Assembly: GCA_963771355.1 (NCBI GenBank)
Contig: CAVYTA010000006.1
Coordinates: 1,984,001 to 2,048,000 of the forward strand
Origin: an uncultured Candidatus Rokubacteria bacterium
GTDB lineage: Bacteria > Methylomirabilota > Methylomirabilia > Rokubacteriales > CSP1-6
Reading direction: 5' to 3'
DNA length: 64,000 nt
Part shown: piece after piece, positions 49,643-64,000 of the stretch
Layout: every line of letters begins with the position of its first letter
How positions within the stretch are numbered: the stretch's first letter is position 1
The notes under the pieces: model-generated
What the model was told of the DNA's origin: nothing
What the model saw: the letters and a program-made list of their open reading frames with translations, nothing else
The model's database searches: none
Made by a program: the position numbers and the translations under genes

Positions 49643-50997
49643 TGCTCCGCGAGCTCGGGGACGGCCTTCGCTTGAGGCGCGTCACCCGGGCCGACGCCGA
49701 GCCCCTGGCCGCCTTCAACGCCGACCAGATCCGGTACCAGGACGCGCCCGCGCCCTTCGCTCCGCTCGGGGTCTGGACCCGCGATCTCCTCGAGGGCCGG
49801 CACCCGACCTTCACCTCCGACGACGGTCTCATCGTGGAGGAGACGCGAACCGGCGCCATCGTGTCCTCCATGCTCCTGGTGTCGCAGACCTGGGCGTACG
49901 GCGGGGTGCCCATCCGGGTGGGCCAGCCGGAGCTGGTGGGCACGCGGCCGGAGTATCGCGGACGCGGCCTCGTCCGCGCCCAGTTCGAGGTGCTGCACGA
50001 GTGGAGCGCGCAGCGCGGCGAGCTGCTGCAGGTCATCGCGGGGGTGCCGTGGTTCTACCGCCAGTTCGGGTACGAGATGGCGCTGCCGCGCGGGGGCGGG
50101 CCGCGCTTCGCGCGCACCGACCTCGCCCCGCCCGCGCCCGGTACACCCTTGCCCTTCCGCGTGCGGCCCATGCGGGCGGACGATCTCCCCTTCGTGGTGG
50201 ACCTGGACCACCGCTCGCGCGAGCGATGCCTGGTGTCCGTCCCGCGCGACGAGCGGCTCTGGCGCTACGAGCTGGAGGGTCATAGCCCGGGCAGCGGCAC
50301 GCGACTCGAGCTGCGGATGCTCGAGACCGACCGCGGCGAGCCCGCGGGCTTCATCGGCCACTTCCCCGCGCTCTGGGCGGGGTCGGCCGCGCTGACGCAC
50401 TACGAGATCCGGCCCGGCCTTTCCTGGCGCGGGCCCTGGCCGACCGTGCACGCCTATCTCGACGCCACCGGCGAGGCCTACGCCGCTCGCGACGGCGGCG
50501 CGTTCACCCAGATCCAGCTCTGGCATGTGGGCCTCGAGAACCCGCTTTACGACGCCATCCGCTTCACCGACCGCTGGCGGCCCTTCGCGCTGTACGCGCG
50601 CATTCCCGACCTGGCTGCCTTTCTCGACAAAATCGGCCCCGCGCTGGAGCGCCGCCTGGCCGGCTCGACGCTGGCCGGGCACACGGGCACGCTGACCCTC
50701 AGCAACTATCGCGAGGGGGTGCGTTTGGTCTTCGCGGAGGGACGGCTCACCGAAGCGGAGGCCTGGCCCCTCGCCCGCGACCTGGTGGGCCAGGAATTCG
50801 GCCAGCCCTCGCAGGACCCACGGCGGCCGATGGCCATGTTCCCCGGGCTCACCTGGCTCCAGCTCATCCTCGGCTACCGGAGCCTCGACCAGCTCCAGGA
50901 TGCCTTCCCCGATTGCATCGTCCGTGGCGGCGAGCCGCGCGCCCTCCTCAACACGTTGTTCCCGCGCACCCCGTCGGACATCTGGGCCGTGCTCTAG
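49642..50997 (+). CDS. GNAT acetyltransferase (Eis-like tandem architecture)
   Basis: VGTRPEYRGRGL, FYRQFGYE; 451 aa. Confidence 0.8.
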
Positions 50998-51106
50998 CGG
51001 CGATCCGGGTTGGGTGGATGTTCCCGGGGGCCGGGGCGCTCATGCCGCGCCTCTTGAACGCGAGTCGGCGCCAGACTATCCTCGCCCCACGCTATCTCCC
51101 CCCGTG

Positions 51107-51967
51107 ATGACGCGCCTCGCTTCCTCCGTCCACGCCACCCATGCTGCCCGCGCCCTCGGGGCGGGGCTGGCTCGACATCTCGCGACGAGGGAGCTCGACG
51201 GGCGCGTCCACTCGGTATTCGCGCGGGCGGTCAACGTCGAGTGGAATGAGCCCGCCGGCGCGCTGCTCACCCTGCACGGCCCCACGCCGCTGGCGGCGCC
51301 CTTCGCCATGGCGCTGGTGGGCTGGCCCGAGGAGCACGGGCTCGAGCCCGGCATCCCCGTCGTCGCGAAGGAGGGGCGCCTCTGCGCGGGCGGGCTCGTG
51401 GTGGACTGGGTCGGCGCAACCGTTGTCGACCTGCGCGTCTCGCCGTGCGTCGAGGATGCGCCGGCGGCGCGCGACCGGCTGGCCCGCGCGCTGGCGCCGT
51501 TCGACGAGCGGGCCGGCGCCGCGGGCCTCTCGGCGGCGCCGGGTCGCGTCGCGCGCGCCGCGGCGGCGGGAGCCCTGCGTGGACGCGACCCCGTGGCCCT
51601 GGCGCGGGCGGCCCGATCGCTCATGGGGCTCGGCGAGGGCCTCACCCCCGCGGGCGACGACTGGCTGGTGGGGATGCTCGCCGTGCTCCACCGGCTGGCG
51701 CAGGGCTGGGTGCTCGAGGCGGGACACCTCGCCTCCGTCCTGGTCGGCGAGGCGCCGGCGCGGACCACCACGGTGGGCGCGGCATTCCTCGCCCATGCGC
51801 TCGCCCGGGAGTTCTCCGAACGCGTGCGCGATCTCGTCACCGCCGAGTCGCTTTCCCGCGCCCGTGCCGCCGGCGCGAGGCTGGCCGCCATGGGCGCGAC
51901 CTCGGGCGCCGACACGCTGTCGGGGATGCGCGCGGCCGTCCACGCGCTCGGAGTGTGCCGCGCATGA
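51107..51967 (+). CDS. DUF2877 / AllH-like protein
   Basis: VHSVFARAVN, GLGEGLTPAGDD, GATSGAD. Confidence 0.85.
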   Translation: MTRLASSVHATHAARALGAGLARHLATRELDGRVHSVFARAVNVEWNEPAGALLTLHGPTPLAAPFAMALVGWPEEHGLEPGIPVVAKEGRLCAGGLVVDWVGATVVDLRVSPCVEDAPAARDRLARALAPFDERAGAAGLSAAPGRVARAAAAGALRGRDPVALARAARSLMGLGEGLTPAGDDWLVGMLAVLHRLAQGWVLEAGHLASVLVGEAPARTTTVGAAFLAHALAREFSERVRDLVTAESLSRARAAGARLAAMGATSGADTLSGMRAAVHALGVCRA

Positions 51968-53526
51968 TCGCGCGCACCCTGATCAAGCCGAGCTTCTACC
52001 AGGACTCGGTGGTGCTCATGGGCGTGGCGCGGGAGCTGCGCGGCAGCGCCGGGATCCAGGAGGCGGCCGCCCTCATGGGGACGCCCGCCAACCGGGAGCT
52101 CATGGAGCAGGCGGGGCTCCTCACCGCGGAGGCGGCCGCCGCCGGTCCCAACGATCTCGTCGTGGTGGTGCGCGCGGACTCCGAGGCGGCGGCGGCGGCC
52201 GCCCTCACGCGCGCCGAATCCCTCCTCGCCGCGCGCCGGCAGCGCATCGAAGCGGCGGGCCGCCGGCGGCCGCGCACGCTGGACCGCGCGCGCCGGCAGC
52301 TGGAGGGCGCCAACCTGGCCCTGATCTCGGTGCCCGGCCCCTTCGCGGCGGCGGAGGCGCGCAAGGCGCTCATCCGCGGCCTCCACGTCATGCTCTTCAG
52401 CGACAACGTGACGCTGGAGGACGAGGTCGCGCTCAAGCGACTCGCGAGAGAGCGCGGGCTGCTTCTCATGGGTCCGGACTGCGGTACCGCTTATCTCAAT
52501 GGCGTCCCGCTGGGCTTCGCCAATGCGGTCCCGCACGGGCGCGTCGGTCTCGTCGCCGCCTCGGGCACCGGGCTCCAGCAGGTCGTGGCCCTGCTTGCCG
52601 CGGGCGGCGAGGGCGTCTCCCAGGCCATCGGCGTGGGGGGCCGCGACATGTCCGAATCCGTCGGCGCCGTCATGACGCTCGCCGCCCTGGACGCGCTCGG
52701 CGGCGATCCCGGCACCGAGCTCGTGGTGGTGGTGGGAAAACCGCCCGGCCCCGCGGTGCGCGCGCGCGTCGAGGCGCGGCTCCGGACACTGGGCAAGCCC
52801 GCCGTCGTCGCCATGCTGGGACGCGAGGTCTCGCCGGGCCGGGAGGGCGCTCTTCGCACCGTGGCCTCGCTGGAGGACGCGGCGGCGGCGGCGCTGGCCG
52901 CGCTCTCCGGACGCGAGTACCGAGCCCGGGCCTTCAGCGATCCCGAAGACGCCGGCCGGCGGATCGGGGAGCGGCAACGCGCCCGGGCCGCCGGGCAAGC
53001 CGCCGTGCGTGGACTCTTCGCGGGCGGCACCCTCGCCTACGAGGCGCTCCTCATCCTCGAGCCCCTGCTGGGCGCGGTGGGCGGCAACCTGAGCCGAGGG
53101 GTGCCGAGCCCGCACCGCATCGTGGATCTCGGCGAGGACGAGTTCACCCGGGGACGCGCGCATCCGATGCTGGACGGCACCCTCCGCGCCGAGGAGATCG
53201 CGCGCGCCGGCAAGGAGGCCGACGTCGCCGTGCTGCTGATCGACGTGGTGCTGGGCCACGGCGCCGCGTCCGATCCGGCAGGCGACATCGCGCCCGCGCT
53301 GGAGGCCGCCCGAGCTCACGCGCACGCGAATGGCCGCGGCCTCGCCGTGGTCGCGAGCGTGGTGGGGACATCCGGGGACCCGCAGGGGCTCGACCGGCAG
53401 GTGGCACGGCTCGAGTCGGCCGGCGCGTGGGTGCTGCCCTCGAACGCGCAGGCAGCCCGGGCCGCCGCCGCCATCGCGGGCGGCGCGCACGTGACCCAGA
53501 AGCTCCTCGCGGTGGAGTCACCGTAG
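51964..53526 (+). CDS. fdrA: FdrA/AllF-like protein
   Basis: YQDSVVLM, MGTPAN, FSDNV, MGPDCGT, ASGTGLQ, GGTLAYE, FTRGRAHPM. Confidence 0.92.
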   Translation: MIARTLIKPSFYQDSVVLMGVARELRGSAGIQEAAALMGTPANRELMEQAGLLTAEAAAAGPNDLVVVVRADSEAAAAAALTRAESLLAARRQRIEAAGRRRPRTLDRARRQLEGANLALISVPGPFAAAEARKALIRGLHVMLFSDNVTLEDEVALKRLARERGLLLMGPDCGTAYLNGVPLGFANAVPHGRVGLVAASGTGLQQVVALLAAGGEGVSQAIGVGGRDMSESVGAVMTLAALDALGGDPGTELVVVVGKPPGPAVRARVEARLRTLGKPAVVAMLGREVSPGREGALRTVASLEDAAAAALAALSGREYRARAFSDPEDAGRRIGERQRARAAGQAAVRGLFAGGTLAYEALLILEPLLGAVGGNLSRGVPSPHRIVDLGEDEFTRGRAHPMLDGTLRAEEIARAGKEADVAVLLIDVVLGHGAASDPAGDIAPALEAARAHAHANGRGLAVVASVVGTSGDPQGLDRQVARLESAGAWVLPSNAQAARAAAAIAGGAHVTQKLLAVESP

Positions 53527-53711
53527 TGGCGGAGATCGGCGACCTGTTCGGCCGGGAGCTGCGCGTGATCAACGTGGGACTCGAGGGCTTCGCCGTCGTG
53601 CTGGAGTCCCTCGGCGTACCCGTGCTCCACGTGGAGTGGATACCCCCCGCGGGCGGTGACCCCGCGCAGGCGCGGCTCCTCGCGCTCCTGGACGATGAGG
53701 ATGGCGCGTGA
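53526..53711 (+). CDS. 61-aa FdrA-associated small protein
   Basis: VINVGLEGFA, VEWIPPAGGD; overlaps both neighbours (TAGTG, GTGA). Confidence 0.8.
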   Translation: MAEIGDLFGRELRVINVGLEGFAVVLESLGVPVLHVEWIPPAGGDPAQARLLALLDDEDGA

Positions 53712-54952
53712 GCGTTCGCGAGGCCAATGAGCGGGCGCTCGCTTGCCTCACCTCCGCCCAGCCCGTGCTGGTGGACTGCCGCCCTGCTCGCGAGGCACTC
53801 GGCCTCGACGAGCACACCGTGCTTCACTCCGGGCCGCCCCTGCCCTGGGAGCGGGCATGTCCCACCGTGCAGGCGGCCATCCTCTGTGCCATCCGTTACG
53901 AAGGTTGGGCCGCGGATGATGCCGTCGCCCGCCGCCTGGTGGAGCGCGGCCGCGTCACCCTGAGCCCTTGCCATCACGCGGGCGCGGCCGGCCCCATGAC
54001 CGGCATCATCACCGCCTCCATGCCCGTCTTCGTGGTGGTGAATCGGCAGGGCGGCAACCGCGCTCATGCCACCGTCAACGAGGGCCTGGGCAAGGTGCTG
54101 CGCTTCGGCGCCAACGACGCGAGCGTGATCGCCCGGCTCGACTGGCTCGCGCGCGAGGCGGGGCCGCTCCTGGGCGCCGCCCTGCGGAGTGCGGGCGGCC
54201 TCGACCTTCGCGCGCTGATGGCACAGGCGCTCCGCATGGGCGACGAGATGCACCAGCGCAACATTGCCGCCTCCGCCTTGCTGGCCCGCGCGCTCATGCC
54301 GCACCTGGCCCGCGTCACCGCCGAGACCGGGCCGGTGGCGCGGGTCGCCGACTTCATCGCGGGCAACGACCAGTTCTTCCTCAATCTGGGCATGGCGGCA
54401 GCGAAGGCCGCCGCGGACCCCTGCCTCGAGATCGCGGGCTCCACCATGGTGGCCACCATGGCGCGCAACGGCACCGACTTCGGGATCCGCGTGGCCGGGC
54501 TCGGCCCGCGCTGGTTCACGGCGCCGGTGAACACGCCCGAGGGCCTCTACTTCCCCGGCTTCACCGCCGCCGACGCCAACCCCGACATGGGGGACAGCGC
54601 CATCGTCGAGACGGTGGGGCTCGGCGCCTTCGCCATGGCCGCGTCCCCGGCGGTGGTCCGCTTCGTCGGCGCGGGCGGGCTCCGGGACGCCGTCCGCGTC
54701 ACGGAGGAGATGGCGGAGATCACGCTGGGCGAGCACCCGCACTTCCGCATCCCGGCGCTGGACGAGCGCGGGACCCCCGTCGGGATCGACATCAGGAAAG
54801 TCGTGGAGACCGGCATCACCCCGCTCATCAACACGGGCATCGCGGGGCGGGCGCCGGGCACGGGACAGATCGGCGCCGGCGTGGTCCGCGCCCCGCTCGC
54901 CTGCTTCGAGCAGGCGCTCGAGGCGGTCGCCCGCGCGCAGGGCGTCGCGTGA
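53708..54952 (+). CDS. DUF1116 / YlbE (AllG-like) protein
   Basis: LHSGPP, NEGLGKVLRFGA, MGDEMHQRN, ARNGTDFG, PDMGDSAI, INTGIA, GQIGAG. Confidence 0.92.
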   Translation: MSVREANERALACLTSAQPVLVDCRPAREALGLDEHTVLHSGPPLPWERACPTVQAAILCAIRYEGWAADDAVARRLVERGRVTLSPCHHAGAAGPMTGIITASMPVFVVVNRQGGNRAHATVNEGLGKVLRFGANDASVIARLDWLAREAGPLLGAALRSAGGLDLRALMAQALRMGDEMHQRNIAASALLARALMPHLARVTAETGPVARVADFIAGNDQFFLNLGMAAAKAAADPCLEIAGSTMVATMARNGTDFGIRVAGLGPRWFTAPVNTPEGLYFPGFTAADANPDMGDSAIVETVGLGAFAMAASPAVVRFVGAGGLRDAVRVTEEMAEITLGEHPHFRIPALDERGTPVGIDIRKVVETGITPLINTGIAGRAPGTGQIGAGVVRAPLACFEQALEAVARAQGVA

Positions 54953-56205
54953 GCGAGCCGCTCGACCTCCTCCTCCGCGACTGCCTGCTTCCCGACGGCG
55001 CCCGCGTGGATCTCGGCTGCGGCGATGGGCGCATCGTCGCCCTGAGCCCGCCCGGAGCCCTCGGCCCGCCGGGGGACGCGCGGGCGGCGCGCGTCATCGA
55101 CGTGGGAGGCCGTCTGGTCACCGCGGGGCTCGTGGATGCCCATATCCACCTGGACAAGGCGCTCCTGTCCTCACAGGCGCCCAGCCTCGAGGGTAGCCTC
55201 GCCGAGGCCATCCGCGTCACCGGCGCGGCCAAGCGCGGCTTCACGGTGGACGACATCCGGGCCCGCGCCCGCGTCGTCCTCGACCTGGCGGTGCGCAGCG
55301 GCACCACCGCGATGCGGAGCCACGTGGAGGTGGATCCCATCGTGGGGCTCAAGGGGCTCGAGGCGCTGCGCCCGCTCCGGGACGAGTACGCGCCGGCGCT
55401 CGAGCTCCAGCTCTGCGCGTTCGCCCAGGAGGGCATCATCCAGGCACCGGGGACGGAGGCGCTGCTGGGCCGGGCGCTCCGCGAGGGCGCCGACCTCGTC
55501 GGCGGCTGCCCGTACAACGACACGGACCCTCACGCCCATGTGGACACGATCTTCCGGCTCGCGCGGGAGTTCGGGGTGGATGTGGACTTCCACGCCGACT
55601 TCTTCGATGAGCCCGAGCATCTCCATGTGCGGTACATCTGCGAGCAGACGGTGCGCCTCGGCTGGGAGGGCCGGGTGGCGGTGGGCCATCTCACCGAGCT
55701 GGCCGCGCTGGCGCCCGCCGAGCAGGACGCGGTGATCGCCGAGCTTCGGGCCGCGCGCGTCGGCGTGATCGTGCTCCCCGCCACCGATCTCTATCTGATG
55801 GGGCGGCGGGACGCGCGCAATCCGCGCCGAGGGCTGGCCCCCGTGAAGCGGCTCCTCGCCGCCGGCGTCCCCGTGGCGGCGGCGACCAACAATGTCCGGA
55901 ACGCGTTCACGCCGGTGGGGAACGCGGACCTCGCGCTGATGGGCGTGCTGCTCGCCGTGGGGGCCCACATGGGGGCGCGCGCGGAGCTGGCCCAGGTGCT
56001 CGCCATGCTGACCACCGAGCCCGCGCGCATCCTCCGCCTGGAGGGCCATGGCCTCGCCCTCGGCGACCGGGCGGATCTCGTAATCTGGGACGCGGCTGGG
56101 CTCGACGAGGCGGTGGGCGCCCTCGCGCCGCGGGCTTACGTGATCAAGTCGGGCCGCGTGACCGTGGAGCATCGGCCCACGGTCCTCGAGCCCTGGCGCG
56201 ACTAG
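54949..56205 (+). CDS. Metal-dependent amidohydrolase, cytosine/creatinine deaminase family
   Basis: DAHIHLDK, AFAQEG, DFHAD, VGH, LPATDLYL, NNVRNAFTP. Confidence 0.9.
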   Translation: MSEPLDLLLRDCLLPDGARVDLGCGDGRIVALSPPGALGPPGDARAARVIDVGGRLVTAGLVDAHIHLDKALLSSQAPSLEGSLAEAIRVTGAAKRGFTVDDIRARARVVLDLAVRSGTTAMRSHVEVDPIVGLKGLEALRPLRDEYAPALELQLCAFAQEGIIQAPGTEALLGRALREGADLVGGCPYNDTDPHAHVDTIFRLAREFGVDVDFHADFFDEPEHLHVRYICEQTVRLGWEGRVAVGHLTELAALAPAEQDAVIAELRAARVGVIVLPATDLYLMGRRDARNPRRGLAPVKRLLAAGVPVAAATNNVRNAFTPVGNADLALMGVLLAVGAHMGARAELAQVLAMLTTEPARILRLEGHGLALGDRADLVIWDAAGLDEAVGALAPRAYVIKSGRVTVEHRPTVLEPWRD

Positions 56206-56240
56206 CGCGCCGAGCGTCGCCGGCCGTCAAGACCACGAGA

Positions 56241-56406
56241 ACCTTTCGCGGCAAAGTGTGCGGCGCGAAAGGTATTTTCCGCGTATTTTCCACTCGACCG
56301 TGCACGTAAGAGTTACCGGGCGCGCGGATGCCGCTTCGACGCCCGCGCGCCAAGCACGCGTGATGGCGCGCATGCCCGCATCCCGTTCCGTGGCACGAAA
56401 GCTGCT
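56241..56406 (+). promoter_or_regulatory. Candidate sigma54 promoter with upstream inverted repeat
   Basis: ACCTTTCGCG-N13-CGCGAAAGGT 56241-56273; TGGCAC-GAAAG-CTGCT 56391-56406. Confidence 0.55.
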
Positions 56407-56476
56407 GATCTCAATTCGGACATTCGCGGAAATTCGTGACATTCGCGACCGGGAAGGTGCCCGGTGGGAGGACACC

Positions 56477-56668
56477 ATGGCGAGAGGCCTGATGCGGCTA
56501 GCGAAGGTGGTGGCGGCGGGATTGGTGCTCGGTAGCTGTGCGGCGGCGGACCCGTGGGCGGAATGGCGCGAGTCGGCGATGCTCCTGGACGCGCCGGCAG
56601 ACCTGGACACGGGATCCGCGTACGCCGACGCGAGACAGGTGCGATGGGAGCAGATCTTCGACGATTAG
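56477..56668 (+). CDS. 63-aa putative lipoprotein
   Basis: GGAGG RBS; MARGLMRLAKVVAAGLVLGS-C lipobox; acidic mature part. Confidence 0.65.
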   Translation: MARGLMRLAKVVAAGLVLGSCAAADPWAEWRESAMLLDAPADLDTGSAYADARQVRWEQIFDD

Positions 56669-56678
56669 GGCGGGGGGC

Positions 56679-56708
56679 TTGACACGCCCGTGAGTCGAAG
56701 ACTATTCT
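56679..56708 (+). promoter_or_regulatory. Sigma70-type promoter of the pyr operon
   Basis: TTGACA N18 TATTCT. Confidence 0.7.
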
Positions 56709-56729
56709 GACGCAGCATCTGGAAACGGC

Positions 56730-57406
<677 letters not shown>

Positions 57407-57413
57407 TGAGCAC

Positions 57414-57490
57414 AGCCGAAGGGACCGAGCGGAAACGATGCTTCGGCGGAGCACGGGCGGCGGAGCCGAAGGCGAGCCGAGCGGAAACGA
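57414..57490 (+). repeat. Two tandem partial copies of the ctaA repeat between pyrR and pyrB
   Basis: AGCCGAAGGGACCGAGCGGAAACGA at 57414 and AGCCGAAGGCGAGCCGAGCGGAAACGA at 57464. Confidence 0.75.
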
Positions 57491-57521
57491 ACAATTCACC
57501 CGAGCGGAGCGAGGGCTAGCG

Positions 57522-58448
57522 ATGGCGTGGAAGCGAAAGGACCTCCTGAGCATGCAGGGGCTGGAGGCCGGAGAGATCCGGGACGTGCTGGACACCGCGG
57601 AGTCCATGAAAGAGATCGCCACCCGGGAGATCAAGAAGGTGCCCACTCTTCGGGGTAAAACGGTGGTCAATCTCTTCTACGAGGCCTCCACCCGGACACG
57701 GACCTCCTTCGAGATCGCCGGCAAGTGGCTCTCCGCCGACGTGATCAACTTCTCGGCCTCGGGGTCGAGCGCCGACAAGGGTGAGAGTTTGCTCGACACC
57801 GCGAAGAACATCGAGGCCATGAGCCCGGACGTGGTGGTGGTGCGCCACCAGGCGTCCGGCGCCCCCGCGCTGCTCGCGCGCAATCTCCGCTGCGCGGTGG
57901 TGAACGCGGGGGACGGCGCCCACGAGCACCCGACCCAGGCGCTCCTGGACCTCCTCACCATCCGGGAGAAGAAGGGTCATCTGGAAGGGCTCAACGTCAC
58001 CATCGTGGGCGACGTGATGCACAGCCGCGTGGCCCGCTCGGCCATCCACGGCATGAAAACCATGGGCATGACGGTGACGGTGGCCGGCCCGCCCACCTTG
58101 ATCCCGCCGGCCTGCCAGGAGCTGGGGGTGAAGGTGAGCCACCGGCTCGACGAGGCCATCGCGCACGCCGATGTGGTCATGATGCTGCGGCTCCAGCACG
58201 AGCGCATGCAGGCGGGCCTCATTCCCTCGGTGCGGGAATACTCCCGGGTCTGGGGGCTCGGGCTGGACAAGCTCGAGCATTGCCGGCCGGACGTCCTGAT
58301 CATGCATCCGGGCCCGGTGAACCGGGGGGTGGAGCTCGCTCCCGAGGTGGCCGACGGGCCCTACTCGGTGATCCTGGACCAGGTCGCCAACGGGGTGGCG
58401 GTGCGGATGGCGGTGCTCTATCTTCTCGCCGGGAGCAGGGCGGCATGA
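57522..58448 (+). CDS. pyrB: Aspartate carbamoyltransferase
   Basis: [33 protein letters not shown]. Confidence 0.97.
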   Translation: MAWKRKDLLSMQGLEAGEIRDVLDTAESMKEIATREIKKVPTLRGKTVVNLFYEASTRTRTSFEIAGKWLSADVINFSASGSSADKGESLLDTAKNIEAMSPDVVVVRHQASGAPALLARNLRCAVVNAGDGAHEHPTQALLDLLTIREKKGHLEGLNVTIVGDVMHSRVARSAIHGMKTMGMTVTVAGPPTLIPPACQELGVKVSHRLDEAIAHADVVMMLRLQHERMQAGLIPSVREYSRVWGLGLDKLEHCRPDVLIMHPGPVNRGVELAPEVADGPYSVILDQVANGVAVRMAVLYLLAGSRAA

Positions 58449-59751
58449 GCCTCCTCCTCCGTGGTGGCCGAGTCATCGATCCCGCCAACCGGACAGACGG
58501 CGTCCAGGACGTGCTGATCGCGGACGGCCGCATCGTCCGGGTCGGGCCCGCGCTCCGGGCGCCCGAGGGAACGCCGGTGCTGGACGTCGCCGGCAAGGTA
58601 GTGTGCCCGGGGTTCATCGACATCCACGTGCACCTGCGTGAGCCCGGCCTCGAGTACAAGGAGACCATCGCGTCGGGGACTCGCGCGGCGGCGGCCGGCG
58701 GCTTCACCGCGGTGGCCTGCATGGCCAATACGGAGCCCGTGAACGACAACCGCGCCGTCACCGACTACATCCTGGCCAAGGCCCGCGTCGAGGGCGCGGT
58801 GCGCGTCTACCCGATCGGCGCGGTCACCCGCGGACTCAAGGGCGAGACCCTGGCGGAGATGGGCGAGCTCGCCGAGGGCGGCTGCGTGGCCTTCTCCGAC
58901 GACGGCCACTGCGTCATGAACGCCGAGGTGTACCGGCGCGCCATGGAATATGCCCTGCCCTTCGGGACGCCCATCATCAGCCATGCCGAGGATTGCCACC
59001 TCGCGCGGGCCGGGTCCATGAACGAGGGGCTGGTGTCCACCGAGCTGGGACTGTCGGGCCAGCCCGCCGCCGCCGAGGACGTGATGGTCGCACGCGACAT
59101 TCTCCTCGCCGAGCTCACCGGCGCCCACCTCCACATCGCCCACATCTCCACCGCGGGCGCGGTGCGGCTGGTGCGCGAAGCACGGGCCCGGGGAATCCGC
59201 GTCACCGCCGAGGTGACGCCGCATCACCTGGTCCTCACCGACGAGGCGGTGCGCGACTACGACCCCAACGTGAAGATGGCACCGCCGCTCCGGGGCAAGC
59301 GCGACGTGGAAGCCCTCCTGGAGGCGCTCGCCGACGGCACCATCGACTGCATCGCCACTGACCACGCGCCGCATGCGCTCTCCGACAAGGAGGGCGAGTT
59401 CGCGGAGGCGGCCAATGGCGTGGTCGGGCTCGAAACCGCGGTGCCTGTGCTCCTGGACCGGCTGGTCCGCACCGGACGCCTCGACCTGCCCACTCTCGTC
59501 GCGCGATTCACTGCGGGTCCGGCGCGGCTGCTGAACCTGCCCGGCGGCAGCCTCGCCTCGGGCGCGCCCGCCGACATCACCATCCTCGACCTGGAGCGGA
59601 GCTGGACGGTGGAGCCGAATCGCTTCCTCTCCCGCAGCCGCAATACGCCCTTCGGCGGCTGGACCGGACAGGGCGGCCCCGTGCTCACCTTGGTGGGCGG
59701 GGTACCCGCCCTCCCGGGCCGCCAGCCCCTCGCGGTACCGGGAGCCGGGAC

Positions 59752-59755
<4 letters not shown>
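58445..59755 (+). CDS. pyrC: Dihydroorotase
   Basis: [34 protein letters not shown]. Confidence 0.96.
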
Positions 59756-60875
<1,120 letters not shown>

Positions 60876-60891
<16 letters not shown>

Positions 60892-61142
60892 TCTCGTACC
60901 GCAAGACCGAGGAAGCCGGACAAAAACCGGAATGGACGAGCTTCACCACCGAAAGCGAGGTCACGCTCGAGGCCCACGCGGTGCGCGAGCGCGTGGACAA
61001 GCGCATCAGCGTGCTGGGCGAGAAGCTCTGGGGAAGCGGCGAGGTCGGCTGGGTGGGGGCCGGGCGGATCGACGATGTCCTCTACAAGCGGGAGGAGGCC
61101 TCGCCGGAGGTGTCCATCATCTACGGGCTGGTCCAGGAGTGA
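60876..61142 (+). CDS. 88-aa hypothetical protein between carA and carB
   Basis: Purine-rich RBS, GC3-biased codons, globular composition, fills the carA-carB gap. Confidence 0.75.
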
Positions 61143-61155
61143 GCTGAGGTCCACC

Positions 61156-64000
<2,845 letters not shown>

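Overview
High-GC (roughly 70%) bacterial chromosomal window, densely coding, with no rRNA, tRNA, CRISPR array, transposase or phage genes visible. Gene content and style resemble Ca. Rokubacteria/Methylomirabilota (inference only). Left to right: ggt; amidohydrolase; a collapsed 2-hydroxyacid dehydrogenase remnant; glpQ; IorA/IorB-type molybdoenzyme plus diheme cytochrome; a small zinc-ribbon gene; a 13-kb minus-strand run (paired acyl-CoA dehydrogenases, hybrid kinase, Nudix, aryl-CoA ligase, RidA, LigB-type dioxygenase, ABC importer, MBL hydrolase); M20 amidohydrolase; a gdh fragment; cNMP-domain protein; a complete caa3 oxidase and biogenesis operon; nucleotide-sugar genes; lepA-lepB-hemW-hrcA-grpE-dnaJ-prmA-rsmE-archease (no dnaK); lpxC-DUF4390-ntrY-ntrX; a GNAT; an AllH/FdrA/AllG-like cluster with a deaminase; a small lipoprotein; and a PyrR-attenuated pyrR-pyrB-pyrC-carA-orf-carB operon cut by the window end. 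Most notable: (1) a 462-aa LAGLIDADG intein in a UDP-glucuronate decarboxylase; (2) a ~33-bp repeat translated twice, in opposite orientations, inside ctaA and recurring between pyrR and pyrB; (3) a complete UAS-IHF-sigma54 promoter ahead of lpxC-ntrYX, with lpxC broken by six +1 shifts; (4) a stand-alone mimic of the oxidase subunit II membrane helices; (5) two unassigned catabolic modules. All calls come from reading motifs by eye; no database searches were run.
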